A DNA stretch of 43,463 nt from Anaerolineae bacterium (GTDB lineage Bacteria; Chloroflexota; Anaerolineae; B4-G1; DUEL01). The stretch spans positions 1-43,463 of the forward strand of contig JBDOIF010000043.1 of NCBI GenBank assembly GCA_041082215.1, in the 5' to 3' direction. Position numbers and translations under genes: made by a program. The notes below the pieces were generated by a model, which made no database searches, was not told the origin of the DNA, and worked only from the letters and a program-made list of their open reading frames with translations. Below, piece by piece: positions 33,035 through 42,097 of the stretch. How positions within the stretch are numbered: the first letter of the stretch is position 1; the number at the start of each line of letters is the position of its first letter.

Positions 33035-34657
33035 ATGAAACTGCTGCGCATAGTCAGCATCCTGACGGTGGCCTTCATCCTGATGGCCCTGGGGGCGGCC
33101 TGCAAGCCGAGCCCGACGCCGCCCCCCACGGAGGCCCCCACGGAGGCCCCCACGGAAGCCCCCACCGAGGCTCCCACGGAGGCCCCCACCGAAGCGCCGC
33201 CTGCGGAAATCGAGCCCCTGATCATCGGCACCACCGACTCCGTGACCGACCTGGACCCGGCCAACTCCTATGACTTCCACACCTGGGAGATCCATCACAA
33301 CACGATGGATACCCTGCTCACCTACATCCCCGGCACCACCGAGCTGCAGCCGGGTCTGGCGGAGCGGTATGAGGTCAGTGAGGACGGCCTGGAGTACACC
33401 TTCTACCTGCGCCAGGGCCTCAAGTTCCCCGATGGCACCGACTTCAACGCCGATGCGGTGGTCTGGTCCATCAACCGCGTGATGCGGCTGCAGGGTGACC
33501 CCAACTGGCTGGTCACCTCCTTCGTGGACCACGTGGAGAAGGTGGACGACTATACCGTGAAGTTCGTCCTCATTGACCCGGTGGGCTTCTTCCCGCTGCT
33601 GGTGGCCACTCCGCCTTACTCCCCCATCAGCCCCAACTGCTATTCAGAGGACGAGATTGACGCGGATTCCACCTGCGGCGGCATCGGCCACTACATCATC
33701 AAGCGGTGGGAGCGGGACGTGGAGATGGAGCTGGAGGCCAACCCCGATTACTACGGCGATCCGCCCGCCTACCCGCGGATCATCGTCCGCTACTTCGCCG
33801 ATTCCACCGCAATGCGGCTGGCCCTGGAGTCCGGTGAGATTGACGTGGCCTGGAAGACCCTGACCCCCTCCGACTACCAGGACTTCCGCGGCAACCCCAA
33901 CTATATTCTCTATGAGGGGGCCGGTCCCTACATCCGCTACATCTGCTTCAACGCCAGCAAGCCCCCCTTCGACAACGCGCTGGTCCGCCAGGCCATCTCC
34001 CTGGCCATTGACCGCGATGCCATCTCCAGCGTCGTCTTCCAGGGGACTCACCAGAGCCTGTACAGCATGGTCCCGGCCGGGATGTTCTCCCACATAGACG
34101 CCTTCCCCGAGCGGGACCTGGAGCAGGCGAAGGCGCTCCTGGCCGAGGCCGGCTACGACGAGAACAACCCGCTGGTGATGGACTTCTGGTGGACCCCCGA
34201 TCACTACGGCCCCACCGAGGGTGACGTGGCTTCGGTGATGAAGCAGGCCCTGGAGGAGACGGGCGTGATCCAGGTCAACCTCCAGTCCGCCGAGTGGGCC
34301 ACCTACACCGACTACTTCGGCCCCGGTACGATGCCGGTCTTCCTGCTGGGGTGGTACCCGGACTACCTGGACCCGGATAACTACACCACGCCCTTCGCTG
34401 GCTGCGATGAGTCGGACGACCTGGGCATCTTCTACTGCAACGAGCAGATGGACGGACTGCTCGATCAGGCCCGGCTCTCCACCGATATGGCGGAGCGCGA
34501 GGATCTGTATAGGCAGATCCAAGAGCTCTGGACCACCGAGGTGCCCACCATCCCCTTCACCCAGGGGTTGCTGCTCGTCGTGACCCAGAAGAACATCGGT
34601 GGGGTCATCCTGGACCCGACCCTGTTCCTGCACTACTTCACGCTCACCAAAGAATAA
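33035..34657 (+). CDS. ABC transporter substrate-binding lipoprotein, family 5 (Dpp/Opp/Nik type)
   Basis: GAAC lipobox, PTEA linker, LDPA, YTFYLRQGLKFPDGTDFNA, PFDN-x-x-VRQA, GWYPDY-x-DPD; AAGGAGG RBS. Confidence 0.92.
   Translation: MKLLRIVSILTVAFILMALGAACKPSPTPPPTEAPTEAPTEAPTEAPTEAPTEAPPAEIEPLIIGTTDSVTDLDPANSYDFHTWEIHHNTMDTLLTYIPGTTELQPGLAERYEVSEDGLEYTFYLRQGLKFPDGTDFNADAVVWSINRVMRLQGDPNWLVTSFVDHVEKVDDYTVKFVLIDPVGFFPLLVATPPYSPISPNCYSEDEIDADSTCGGIGHYIIKRWERDVEMELEANPDYYGDPPAYPRIIVRYFADSTAMRLALESGEIDVAWKTLTPSDYQDFRGNPNYILYEGAGPYIRYICFNASKPPFDNALVRQAISLAIDRDAISSVVFQGTHQSLYSMVPAGMFSHIDAFPERDLEQAKALLAEAGYDENNPLVMDFWWTPDHYGPTEGDVASVMKQALEETGVIQVNLQSAEWATYTDYFGPGTMPVFLLGWYPDYLDPDNYTTPFAGCDESDDLGIFYCNEQMDGLLDQARLSTDMAEREDLYRQIQELWTTEVPTIPFTQGLLLVVTQKNIGGVILDPTLFLHYFTLTKE
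33125..33196 (+). repeat. 12-bp coding tandem repeat x6 (Pro-Thr-Glu-Ala)
   Basis: CCCAC[G/C]GA[G/A]GCN units in frame after the lipobox. Confidence 0.9.
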
Positions 34658-34687
34658 GGCGGAGCCAGGATGATGTGATGTGAAGAC

Positions 34688-34733
34688 GGAGGGGTTTTGA
34701 TGGGGGCTTTCCCTGTCAAAACCCCTCCCTTTA
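34688..34733 (+). terminator. Strong hairpin after the SBP gene (partial terminator or mRNA-stabilising stem)
   Basis: GGAGGGGTTTTGA (34688-34700) / TCAAAACCCCTCC (34716-34728), perfect 13 bp, followed by CTTTA. Confidence 0.65.
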
Positions 34734-34789
34734 TGTAGCGCAGGATTCATCTTGCGCAATCTGTGGTGATTTTTACAGTGGGAGGTGTT

Positions 34790-36244
34790 ATGCGCTCGCT
34801 TCGAGCCTATATCATCACCCGTTTCCTCCTCACGATCCCGATGGTCCTGATCCTCCTTGTGCTGGTCTTCATCCTCCTGCGGGTCATGCCGGGCGATCCC
34901 ATCAAGGCAGCGATGCGGCCCGGTGTGCCCCAGGAGTATCTGGACCAGATCCGGCATGCCCAGAGGCTGGACCGACCGCTGGTGCTCAACCTGCGGGGTA
35001 GCTGGGCCACAGTCCTCGAGCCGGTCGTCGTCCTCTACGAGGAACATGACCCCGCCAGCACTCCGGTGATGCTGGTGCTGGAGGGAGAGCGGCTCTCCGT
35101 CACTGACCGGCACACTGAGGGTAACGAGGATTGGGTCCGTCTCGCCGCCGAGGAGGGGGGGAAGTACTGGATCGAGCAGGAAAAGCTCCGCTGGCTGCGG
35201 CAGGTGGAGTTTCACTTCTCTACAATTGAAGAGGCGGCCCTGCCGGAGGGGGTGTCGGGCGAGTGGAAATACGTGGAGCTGCACCAGGGCGGCCTGGAAG
35301 GCTGGGCCCCCGCCGACCAGTTCGACATCGCTGTCAACCCCTTCGACAGTCAGTTCTTCAACTACTTCTGGGGGTTGGTCACCCGCTTCGATCTGGGCCA
35401 GTCCATCACCCTGCGGGGCCGTCCTGTGGCTGCTGACCTTGCCCTCAAATTCCCTGCCACGCTGGAGCTTTCCATCTTTGGCATGCTGGTGGCCGGGCTG
35501 GTGGGGGTCTTCACCGGCGCTTACGCCGCCTACAAACGGCGCAGCGTGGCCGACTACGGCCTGCGCATCTACAGCATCGTCGCCTACGCTGTCCCCATCT
35601 TCTGGCTGGGGCTGATGTTCCAGCTCATCTTCGGCGTCGGCCTGAAGTGGCTCCCCGTGGCCGACCGGGTGAGCACCCGCCTCCGACCGGAGACCATCGC
35701 CCAGGTCTATCACCTTCAGGAGGTCCTCACCGGCCCCTGGGGGGAGAAGCTTCTTAAGGTTACCGATTTCTTTTCCAATTTCTTCATCCTCAACTGTATC
35801 GTCACCGGCCAGTGGGCCAGCCTGGTGGATGTGTTGAAGCATCTGATCCTGCCCTCCCTGACCCTGGGCCTGTACCTCTCCGGCATCTTCACCCGCCTCA
35901 CGCGGGCCAATATGCTGGACGTGCTCCAGCAGGACTTTGTGATGGCCGCCCGGGCGCGGGGCATCAAAGAGCGGATCGTTGTCTATAAGCATGCCCTTCA
36001 GAACGCCTTTATCCCCATCCTGACTATGTTCGGCCTCCAGTTCGCCATCCTCCTGGCCGGGGCGGTGCTCACCGAGACCACTTTCAACTGGCCGGGGATG
36101 GGGCTTTTCCTGGTCGAGCGGATCACAGCGCGGGACTTCCCCGCCATCCAGGGCACGGTGGTCTTTTTTGCCCTGCTGGTTGCCCTGGTCAGCCTGATCG
36201 TGGACATCATCTACGCCCGGGTGGACCCGCGAGTGCGGTATTGA
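34790..36244 (+). CDS. ABC permease DppB/OppB-like with large extracytoplasmic insertion
   Basis: PGDP, DLGQS, PATLEL, P-x-FWLG, ARARG (EAA loop), TETTFNWPGMG, DPRVRY. Confidence 0.9.
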   Translation: MRSLRAYIITRFLLTIPMVLILLVLVFILLRVMPGDPIKAAMRPGVPQEYLDQIRHAQRLDRPLVLNLRGSWATVLEPVVVLYEEHDPASTPVMLVLEGERLSVTDRHTEGNEDWVRLAAEEGGKYWIEQEKLRWLRQVEFHFSTIEEAALPEGVSGEWKYVELHQGGLEGWAPADQFDIAVNPFDSQFFNYFWGLVTRFDLGQSITLRGRPVAADLALKFPATLELSIFGMLVAGLVGVFTGAYAAYKRRSVADYGLRIYSIVAYAVPIFWLGLMFQLIFGVGLKWLPVADRVSTRLRPETIAQVYHLQEVLTGPWGEKLLKVTDFFSNFFILNCIVTGQWASLVDVLKHLILPSLTLGLYLSGIFTRLTRANMLDVLQQDFVMAARARGIKERIVVYKHALQNAFIPILTMFGLQFAILLAGAVLTETTFNWPGMGLFLVERITARDFPAIQGTVVFFALLVALVSLIVDIIYARVDPRVRY

Positions 36245-36260
36245 GAGGAGGAGCAGCCTG

Positions 36261-37148
36261 ATGACAGCCATTTCCCAGGCTCAACCGAACTTCCTGGTCC
36301 GTATCCTGGAGGGCCGCAGGTGGTATGGGGCCGAGTGGTATATGACGGCGGTAGGGGCCTTCATCGTCGTCTTCATCGTGACGCTGACCATCCTTTCCTT
36401 CCTGACGCCCAACCTGGCCCCCTACGACCCGGAGGCGCGGGTGGGCCATCCCTTTACTCCGCCGTCTGGTGAGCACATCTTCGGCACCGATCAGCTTGGG
36501 AGGGACATCTTCAGCCGTATTATCTACGGCTCGCAGATCGTGATGCAGGTGGCCCTCCTCTCCGCTACTTTCTCCCTGATCGTCGGAGTGCCCCTGGGGT
36601 TGACCTCCGGCTTTCTGGGGGGACGGCTGGATCAGGTGCTCTCTCTCATCATGGACAGCATCTACTCCTTCCCCGGCCTGATCCTGGCCATCGCCCTGGC
36701 CGCCCTCCTGGGGTCCGGCGTGCTGAACATCTCCATCGCCATCGCCGTCGTCTACATCCCTATCTTCTTCCGGCTGGTGCGCGGACAGGTGCTCTCTATC
36801 AAGCAGGAGCTGTACGTGGAGGCGGCCCGAAGCCTGGGAGCGCCGGGCCGTGTCATTCTCTGGCGGTATATCTTCCCCAACGTCATTCCCTCCGTGGTGG
36901 TGGTCTTTTCCCTTAACATTGCCGACGCCATCATCACTGAGGCCGGCCTGGCCTTTATCGGCCTGGGGGTGGACCCCTCCAAGCCGGATTGGGGCTACGA
37001 CATCTACCGCGGCCGCTCAGAGCTGGTGGGTGGGCGCTGGTGGCCGGTCACTTTCCCCGGCCTGGCCATCGCCACCGTGGCGTTGGGTTTCAGCCTCTTC
37101 GGCGAAGGGCTGAGCGAAATCCTGAACCCCCGGTTGAGAGAAGCATGA
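36261..37148 (+). CDS. ABC permease DppC/OppC-like
   Basis: HIFGTDQLGRDIFSR, YVEAARSLGA, EAGLAFIGLG, PDWG. Confidence 0.92.
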   Translation: MTAISQAQPNFLVRILEGRRWYGAEWYMTAVGAFIVVFIVTLTILSFLTPNLAPYDPEARVGHPFTPPSGEHIFGTDQLGRDIFSRIIYGSQIVMQVALLSATFSLIVGVPLGLTSGFLGGRLDQVLSLIMDSIYSFPGLILAIALAALLGSGVLNISIAIAVVYIPIFFRLVRGQVLSIKQELYVEAARSLGAPGRVILWRYIFPNVIPSVVVVFSLNIADAIITEAGLAFIGLGVDPSKPDWGYDIYRGRSELVGGRWWPVTFPGLAIATVALGFSLFGEGLSEILNPRLREA

Positions 37149-38110
37149 ACGAACCACTGGTACGTATCCGCGATCTGACCGTCGTCTACAAAACCCGGGT
37201 CGGACTGGTCCGGGCGGTGGATCGGGTCAGCCTGGACATCTACCCGGGTGAGGTGCTGGGGCTGGTGGGGGAGTCTGGCTGTGGCAAGTCCACCCTCGGC
37301 ACGGCGCTGCTGCGGCTGGTGCGCCAGCCCGGCCGCATCGCCGACGGCGAAATCTGGTTCGATGGGCGGAACCTGCTGGCGCTGAGCGAGGAGGAGATGC
37401 GCGGGCTGCGCGGCGCCCGCATCTCGATGATTTTTCAGGACCCGATGACCTCCCTCAACCCCCTCCAGCGGATCAGCGACCACGTTGTCGAGACGATCCG
37501 CACCCACAAGCCCCAGATCAGCGAGCGGGAGGCCCGCCAGCAGGCGGCCGAGCTGATTGACCGGCTGGGTATTATGGCCGAGCGGCTGGACGACTACCCC
37601 CACCAGTTGAGCGGCGGGATGCGACAACGGGTGATGATCGGCCTGGCCCTGGCCCTCCGGGCCGACCTGATCGTGGCCGATGAGCCGACCACCTCGCTGG
37701 ATGTGATCGTCGAGGCCCAGTTCCTCGATCTCCTCAAGGAGCTCCAGAAGGATTTCGGCCTGACGATCCTCCTCATCACCCATAACATCGGCATCGTGGC
37801 CCAGCTTGCGGATCGGGTGGCGGTGATGTACGCAGCCAAAATGGTGGAGCTGGCCGATGTGGAGCCGCTCTTCGCCGGGCCACTTCACCCTTACACCCAG
37901 GCCCTCCTGGCCTCGGTGCCGAACATCCGCCTGGAGGGGGATATGCTGAAGATTATGCAGGGCTCGCCCCCCGACCTGATCAACCCGCCCTCTGGCTGCC
38001 GCTTCCATCCACGCTGTCCCCACGCTTTCGACCGCTGTGCACAGGAGGAGCCGTCGCTGGCGGAGGTCCGACCGGGCCGGTGGGTGGCCTGCTGGCTGCA
38101 CCACACGTAA
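37145..38110 (+). CDS. Peptide ABC transporter ATPase DppD/OppD-like
   Basis: GESGCGKS, FQDPMTSLNP, LSGGMRQR, ADEPT, HPYT, GCRFHPRC. Confidence 0.93.
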   Translation: MNEPLVRIRDLTVVYKTRVGLVRAVDRVSLDIYPGEVLGLVGESGCGKSTLGTALLRLVRQPGRIADGEIWFDGRNLLALSEEEMRGLRGARISMIFQDPMTSLNPLQRISDHVVETIRTHKPQISEREARQQAAELIDRLGIMAERLDDYPHQLSGGMRQRVMIGLALALRADLIVADEPTTSLDVIVEAQFLDLLKELQKDFGLTILLITHNIGIVAQLADRVAVMYAAKMVELADVEPLFAGPLHPYTQALLASVPNIRLEGDMLKIMQGSPPDLINPPSGCRFHPRCPHAFDRCAQEEPSLAEVRPGRWVACWLHHT

Positions 38111-38147
38111 CACGCACCATGCTTCAGTTCTCACACGAGGGCAGAGT

Positions 38148-39149
38148 ATGTCGAATGCAAACCTGGTCGAGGTACAGGGTCTGAAAAAGTGGTTCCCCGT
38201 CCAGCGCAGCTTCGTCGAGCGGCTGGTCACCCGTCAGCGGGACTTCGTCCGGGCGGTGGATGGGGTGGACTTCGAGATCCGGCGCGGGGAGGTCTTCGGC
38301 CTGGCCGGCGAGAGCGGCAGCGGGAAGACGACGACGGGCCGATTGATCCTCCGCCTCACCGATCCGACGGAGGGCCGCATCCTCTTCCAGGGGACAGACC
38401 TGGCCGCCCTGGGGGAGGAAGAGATGCGGCAGATGCGCCGCCATATGCAGGCCATCTTTCAGGACCCCTACGCCTCTCTCAACCCTCGTATGAAGATCGG
38501 CGACGCCATTGGCCATAGTCTGGAGATCTTCGGGCTGGCGAAGGGGGAGGAGAAGCGAGGGCAGGTTCTCGACATCATGGAGCGGGTGGGGCTGACCCCC
38601 GCCTCCATTCTTTACGATAAGTACCCCCACCAGCTCAGCGGCGGACAGCGGCAGCGGGCGGTCATCGCCCGGGCGCTCGTCCTTCGCCCCGACCTGGTGG
38701 TGGCCGACGAGCCGATCGCGATGGCCGACGTCTCGGTGCGGGCGCTCCTCCTCGACCTGATGCTGCGGCTCAAGGAGGAGTTCAACCTTACCTACCTCTT
38801 CATCACCCACGACCTGGCGACGGCCAAGTATATCTGCAATCGGATCGCGGTGATGTATCTGGGCAAGATTGTGGAAGTGGGGCCGCTGCGCCAGGTCTAC
38901 ACCAGCCCTCAGCACCCCTACACCCAGGCGCTGCTGGCCGCCGTCCCCGTGCCAGACCCAAAGGCCCGTCGAAAACCCCCCATGCCTAAGGGGGAGATCC
39001 CCAGCCCCATCAACCCACCCTCAGGCTGCCGCTTCCATCCCCGTTGCCCGGCGGCAATGGGGATCTGCTCGCAGGAGGAACCCAAACTGGCGGAGGTGGA
39101 ACCGGAGCACCGGGTGGCATGCCATCTCGTGACCTCGAGCAGTGTCTGA
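38148..39149 (+). CDS. Peptide ABC transporter ATPase DppF/OppF-like
   Basis: GESGSGKT, FQDPYASLNPR, LSGGQRQR, ADEP, HPYT, GCRFHPRC. Confidence 0.93.
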   Translation: MSNANLVEVQGLKKWFPVQRSFVERLVTRQRDFVRAVDGVDFEIRRGEVFGLAGESGSGKTTTGRLILRLTDPTEGRILFQGTDLAALGEEEMRQMRRHMQAIFQDPYASLNPRMKIGDAIGHSLEIFGLAKGEEKRGQVLDIMERVGLTPASILYDKYPHQLSGGQRQRAVIARALVLRPDLVVADEPIAMADVSVRALLLDLMLRLKEEFNLTYLFITHDLATAKYICNRIAVMYLGKIVEVGPLRQVYTSPQHPYTQALLAAVPVPDPKARRKPPMPKGEIPSPINPPSGCRFHPRCPAAMGICSQEEPKLAEVEPEHRVACHLVTSSSV

Positions 39150-40816
39150 TCGTCAGTGATCCTGCCCGGCTGAAGGCCGTCGCCGAGTTCTGGGGCCTGG
39201 AGGGGCTGCCGACCCGGCGTCGGGAGGCAGCCGCTGCCTTGATGGAGCGGATGCTGGCCCCCGGAGGGGTCGAGCGGGCCTGGGAGTCCCTTTCCCCCGA
39301 AGAACGAGAGGCCCTGGCAGCCCTCCGGGAAGCTGGAGGGGAGATGCCCTGGCCCACCTTTTCCCGCCGCTGGGGCGAGGTCCGCGCGATGGGGCCGGGG
39401 CGAATGGCCCGGGAGCGTCCCTGGCAGGCCCCCATCTCCCCCACCGAGGCCCTCTGGTATCGGGGGCTTCTCTTCCGTATGCCCGCGCAGGGTCCGGCCG
39501 GCCTGTACGAGGTCGCCCTTCTTCCCGAAGAAATTCTGGCCCGCCTCCCGGAGCTTCCAGCCCCTTCCCGTATCTCGATGAGGCCGACCGATGTCCCTTC
39601 CCATCTCCTTCCGGCCAGCGATCACCTGCTGGACGACGCCTGTACCCTCCTGGCCTATCTCCAGACCCACTCCGTGCGGGCCGGGGCCGACGGCGAGTGG
39701 CCGGCTCACCACCTGACCGGGCTGGCCCGTCAGCTTCGAGACCCCGATCCAGGCCGGATGGCTTTCCTCCGCCACCTGGCGGATCGGCTGGGCTGGCTGC
39801 GGGTCGGCCACGATGGCTGCCTTCGCCCCGACCCCGGTCCGGCTGCGGCCTGGCTCCGGGCTTCCACCGGCGAGCAGCGGGCCGCTCTCGCCCGCGCCTG
39901 GCGGGACGACCCTGCCTGGAACGACCTCTGGCATGTCCCCACCCTCCGCCCCGAGAAGACCGGCTCCTGGCGAAACGACCCGCTCCTTGCCCGGCGGGCG
40001 ATCCTCCGCCATCTCTCTGCCTGCCGCCCGGGGGAATGGTACAGCCTGGCGGAGCTGGTCGCAGCGATTCAGGAGGCCGACCCCGACTTCCAGCGGCCCG
40101 ACGGCGACTATGCTGCCTGGTACATCCGGGACGCAGCCACCGGAGAGTACCTGAGCGGCTTTGCATCGTGGGAGGCAGTGGAGGGGGCGTTGATCCGCTA
40201 TCTCCTCACCGGCCCCCTCGCCTGGCTGGGGCTGGTGGACCTGGGGACGGGGATGGAGGGGGGACCGCCGGTCGCTTTCCGCCTTACCCCTGCCGGGGCG
40301 GCCTTCCTGGGGATGGAAGGGCCGCAACCGGAACCGGAGCAGGGGTTGCCCTCCCTCACTGTCCGCCCGGACCTGACGGTCCTGGCTCCCGCTGTCCGCC
40401 GGTACGAGCGGTTCCAGCTCAGCCGCATAGCCGATTGGGTCCGCACCGGCGACCCCTATATTTACCGCCTCACCGCAGGCTCGCTGGAGCGGGCCCGGCA
40501 GCAGCGGATCTCGCCGGAGCGGGTGGTGGCTTTTCTGGAAGAAGTGACCGAAAGGGGCGTCTCGCCCTCGCTGCGGAACGCCCTCAGTCGCTGGGCGCGC
40601 CACGGCTCTCAGGTGCGGATCGAGCGGGGGGTGTTGCTGCGGGTGGGGGACGAGGCGCTGATGGATGAGGTCCTCCGCAACCCCGCCGTGCGCCGGCTCG
40701 TCCGGGAGCGGCTTGGCCCGACGGCCGCGCTGGTCGCCCCCGCCGACTGGCCCCGGCTGGTGGAGGTGCTGGTGGAACAGGGGCTGTTGCCGGGCCTGGA
40801 GGGGGTGGAGGAATAA
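39119..40816 (+). CDS. XPB/Ssl2 helicase-associated domain protein (no helicase motifs)
   Basis: LAWLGLVD, LTVRPDLTVL, YRLT-x-x-SL-x-RA, W-x-x-x-G-x-VRI in the C-terminal region; start at 39119 inferred. Confidence 0.7.
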   Translation: MPSRDLEQCLIVSDPARLKAVAEFWGLEGLPTRRREAAAALMERMLAPGGVERAWESLSPEEREALAALREAGGEMPWPTFSRRWGEVRAMGPGRMARERPWQAPISPTEALWYRGLLFRMPAQGPAGLYEVALLPEEILARLPELPAPSRISMRPTDVPSHLLPASDHLLDDACTLLAYLQTHSVRAGADGEWPAHHLTGLARQLRDPDPGRMAFLRHLADRLGWLRVGHDGCLRPDPGPAAAWLRASTGEQRAALARAWRDDPAWNDLWHVPTLRPEKTGSWRNDPLLARRAILRHLSACRPGEWYSLAELVAAIQEADPDFQRPDGDYAAWYIRDAATGEYLSGFASWEAVEGALIRYLLTGPLAWLGLVDLGTGMEGGPPVAFRLTPAGAAFLGMEGPQPEPEQGLPSLTVRPDLTVLAPAVRRYERFQLSRIADWVRTGDPYIYRLTAGSLERARQQRISPERVVAFLEEVTERGVSPSLRNALSRWARHGSQVRIERGVLLRVGDEALMDEVLRNPAVRRLVRERLGPTAALVAPADWPRLVEVLVEQGLLPGLEGVEE

Positions 40817-40833
40817 GAGGAAGCAGGAGGCAT

Positions 40834-42042
40834 ATGCAGCACGCAACACGCAATACGCAATATGTAGCCAACGCCTTTCAGGAGCGGTTCGGCTATCCCC
40901 CCTCGGTGGTGGTACGGGCGCCGGGGCGGGTGAATCTCCTGGGCGGCCATACCGATTACAACGAGGGGTTTGTCCTTCCGGCGGCGCTGGACCGGGCGGC
41001 TTGGGTGGCGGCGGCCCCGCTGGAAGAGCCGGTCGCCCGGGTGGTGGCTCTTGACTTTGGGGCAGAGGACACGTTCAGCCTGGCCCCCGTCCCGCCGCCG
41101 GTCGGCGGTTGGGCGGACTACCCCCGGGGGGTGGCCTGGGCGCTGGCCGGGCGAGGGCTTGAGCCGGTGGGGATGGAGGCGGTGCTGACCTCCGACGTGC
41201 CGGTGGGAGCGGGCCTTTCCTCGTCCGCCGCCGTGGAGGTGGCCTTCGCCTGGACCTGGCGCGCCCTCTCCGGCTTCGACCTGGGTCGGACGGAGGTGGC
41301 CCTTCTCTGCCAGCGGGCCGAGAATGAGTACGTGGGCGTCCGCTGTGGGATCATGGACCAGATGGCCGCGGTCTGGGGCAGGGCGGACCACGTGCTGCTG
41401 CTGGATTGTCGCACGCTGGAACTGGAGCCGGTCCGGCTGCCGGAAGGGGTCGCCGTTGTGGTGGCCGACACGACCGTGCGGCGGGAGCTGGCCTCCTCCG
41501 AGTACAACCGGCGACGCCAGGAGTGTGAGGAGGCGGTCCGGCTTCTCTCCCACCACCTGCCGGGCATCCGCGCCCTGCGGGATGTCTCTCCCGATGACTT
41601 CTTCCGTCTCCAGCACCACCTGCCGGAGCCGTACCGGCGGCGGGCCCGCCATGTGGTGACGGAGAACGCCCGCGTGCTGGAGGCGGCGGAGTCATTGCGG
41701 GTGGGAGATGTGGAAAGGGTGGGGGAGGCCATGCGGCGGTGCCACAGGAGCCTGCGCGACGACTATGAGGTCAGTTCGCCGGAGCTGGACCTGCTGGCGG
41801 AGACGGCCTGGGGAGTGCCGGGCTGCTACGGCGCGCGGCTCACAGGGGCAGGTTTCGGTGGCTGTGCTGTGGCGCTGGTGGCGGAGGATGCTGTGGACAG
41901 GCTGCGGGAAGCGCTCAGCCGCAGCTACGAGGCTCGCTTCGGCCGCCAGCCCATCCTCTACGTGTGCCACGCATCCGACGGCGCCCGCGTGGAACTCCCC
42001 CCGGCTGGCGCGGCCAGCCTTCCCACCGGATGGTATCTATAG
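40834..42042 (+). CDS. galK: Galactokinase-like GHMP kinase
   Basis: APGRVNLLGGHTDYN, PVGAGLSSSAA, CGIMDQ, YN-x-RR-x-EC, GARLTGAGFGGC. Confidence 0.88.
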   Translation: MQHATRNTQYVANAFQERFGYPPSVVVRAPGRVNLLGGHTDYNEGFVLPAALDRAAWVAAAPLEEPVARVVALDFGAEDTFSLAPVPPPVGGWADYPRGVAWALAGRGLEPVGMEAVLTSDVPVGAGLSSSAAVEVAFAWTWRALSGFDLGRTEVALLCQRAENEYVGVRCGIMDQMAAVWGRADHVLLLDCRTLELEPVRLPEGVAVVVADTTVRRELASSEYNRRRQECEEAVRLLSHHLPGIRALRDVSPDDFFRLQHHLPEPYRRRARHVVTENARVLEAAESLRVGDVERVGEAMRRCHRSLRDDYEVSSPELDLLAETAWGVPGCYGARLTGAGFGGCAVALVAEDAVDRLREALSRSYEARFGRQPILYVCHASDGARVELPPAGAASLPTGWYL

Positions 42043-42067
42043 GACAACTCCACAGGAGTTGTCCTAC
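42040..42067. repeat. Perfect 12-bp hairpin between convergent galK and rpoC (GTAG-type REP or terminator)
   Basis: TAGGACAACTCC-aca-GGAGTTGTCCTA(C). Confidence 0.7.
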
Positions 42068-42097
42068 GCTGCTCCGGGGTGAATCTACAGGGCAGGC

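Noticed and set aside
33125..33196. Regular repeat that could be mistaken for a CRISPR array
   Set aside because: In-frame 12-bp coding repeat with synonymous variation, no spacers and no cas genes.
33644..36271. Very long antisense ORFs (also 38-1903, 22841-24799, 26577-28361, 38918-40849)
   Set aside because: Shadow ORFs of GC-rich genes on the opposite strand, with no recognisable motifs.
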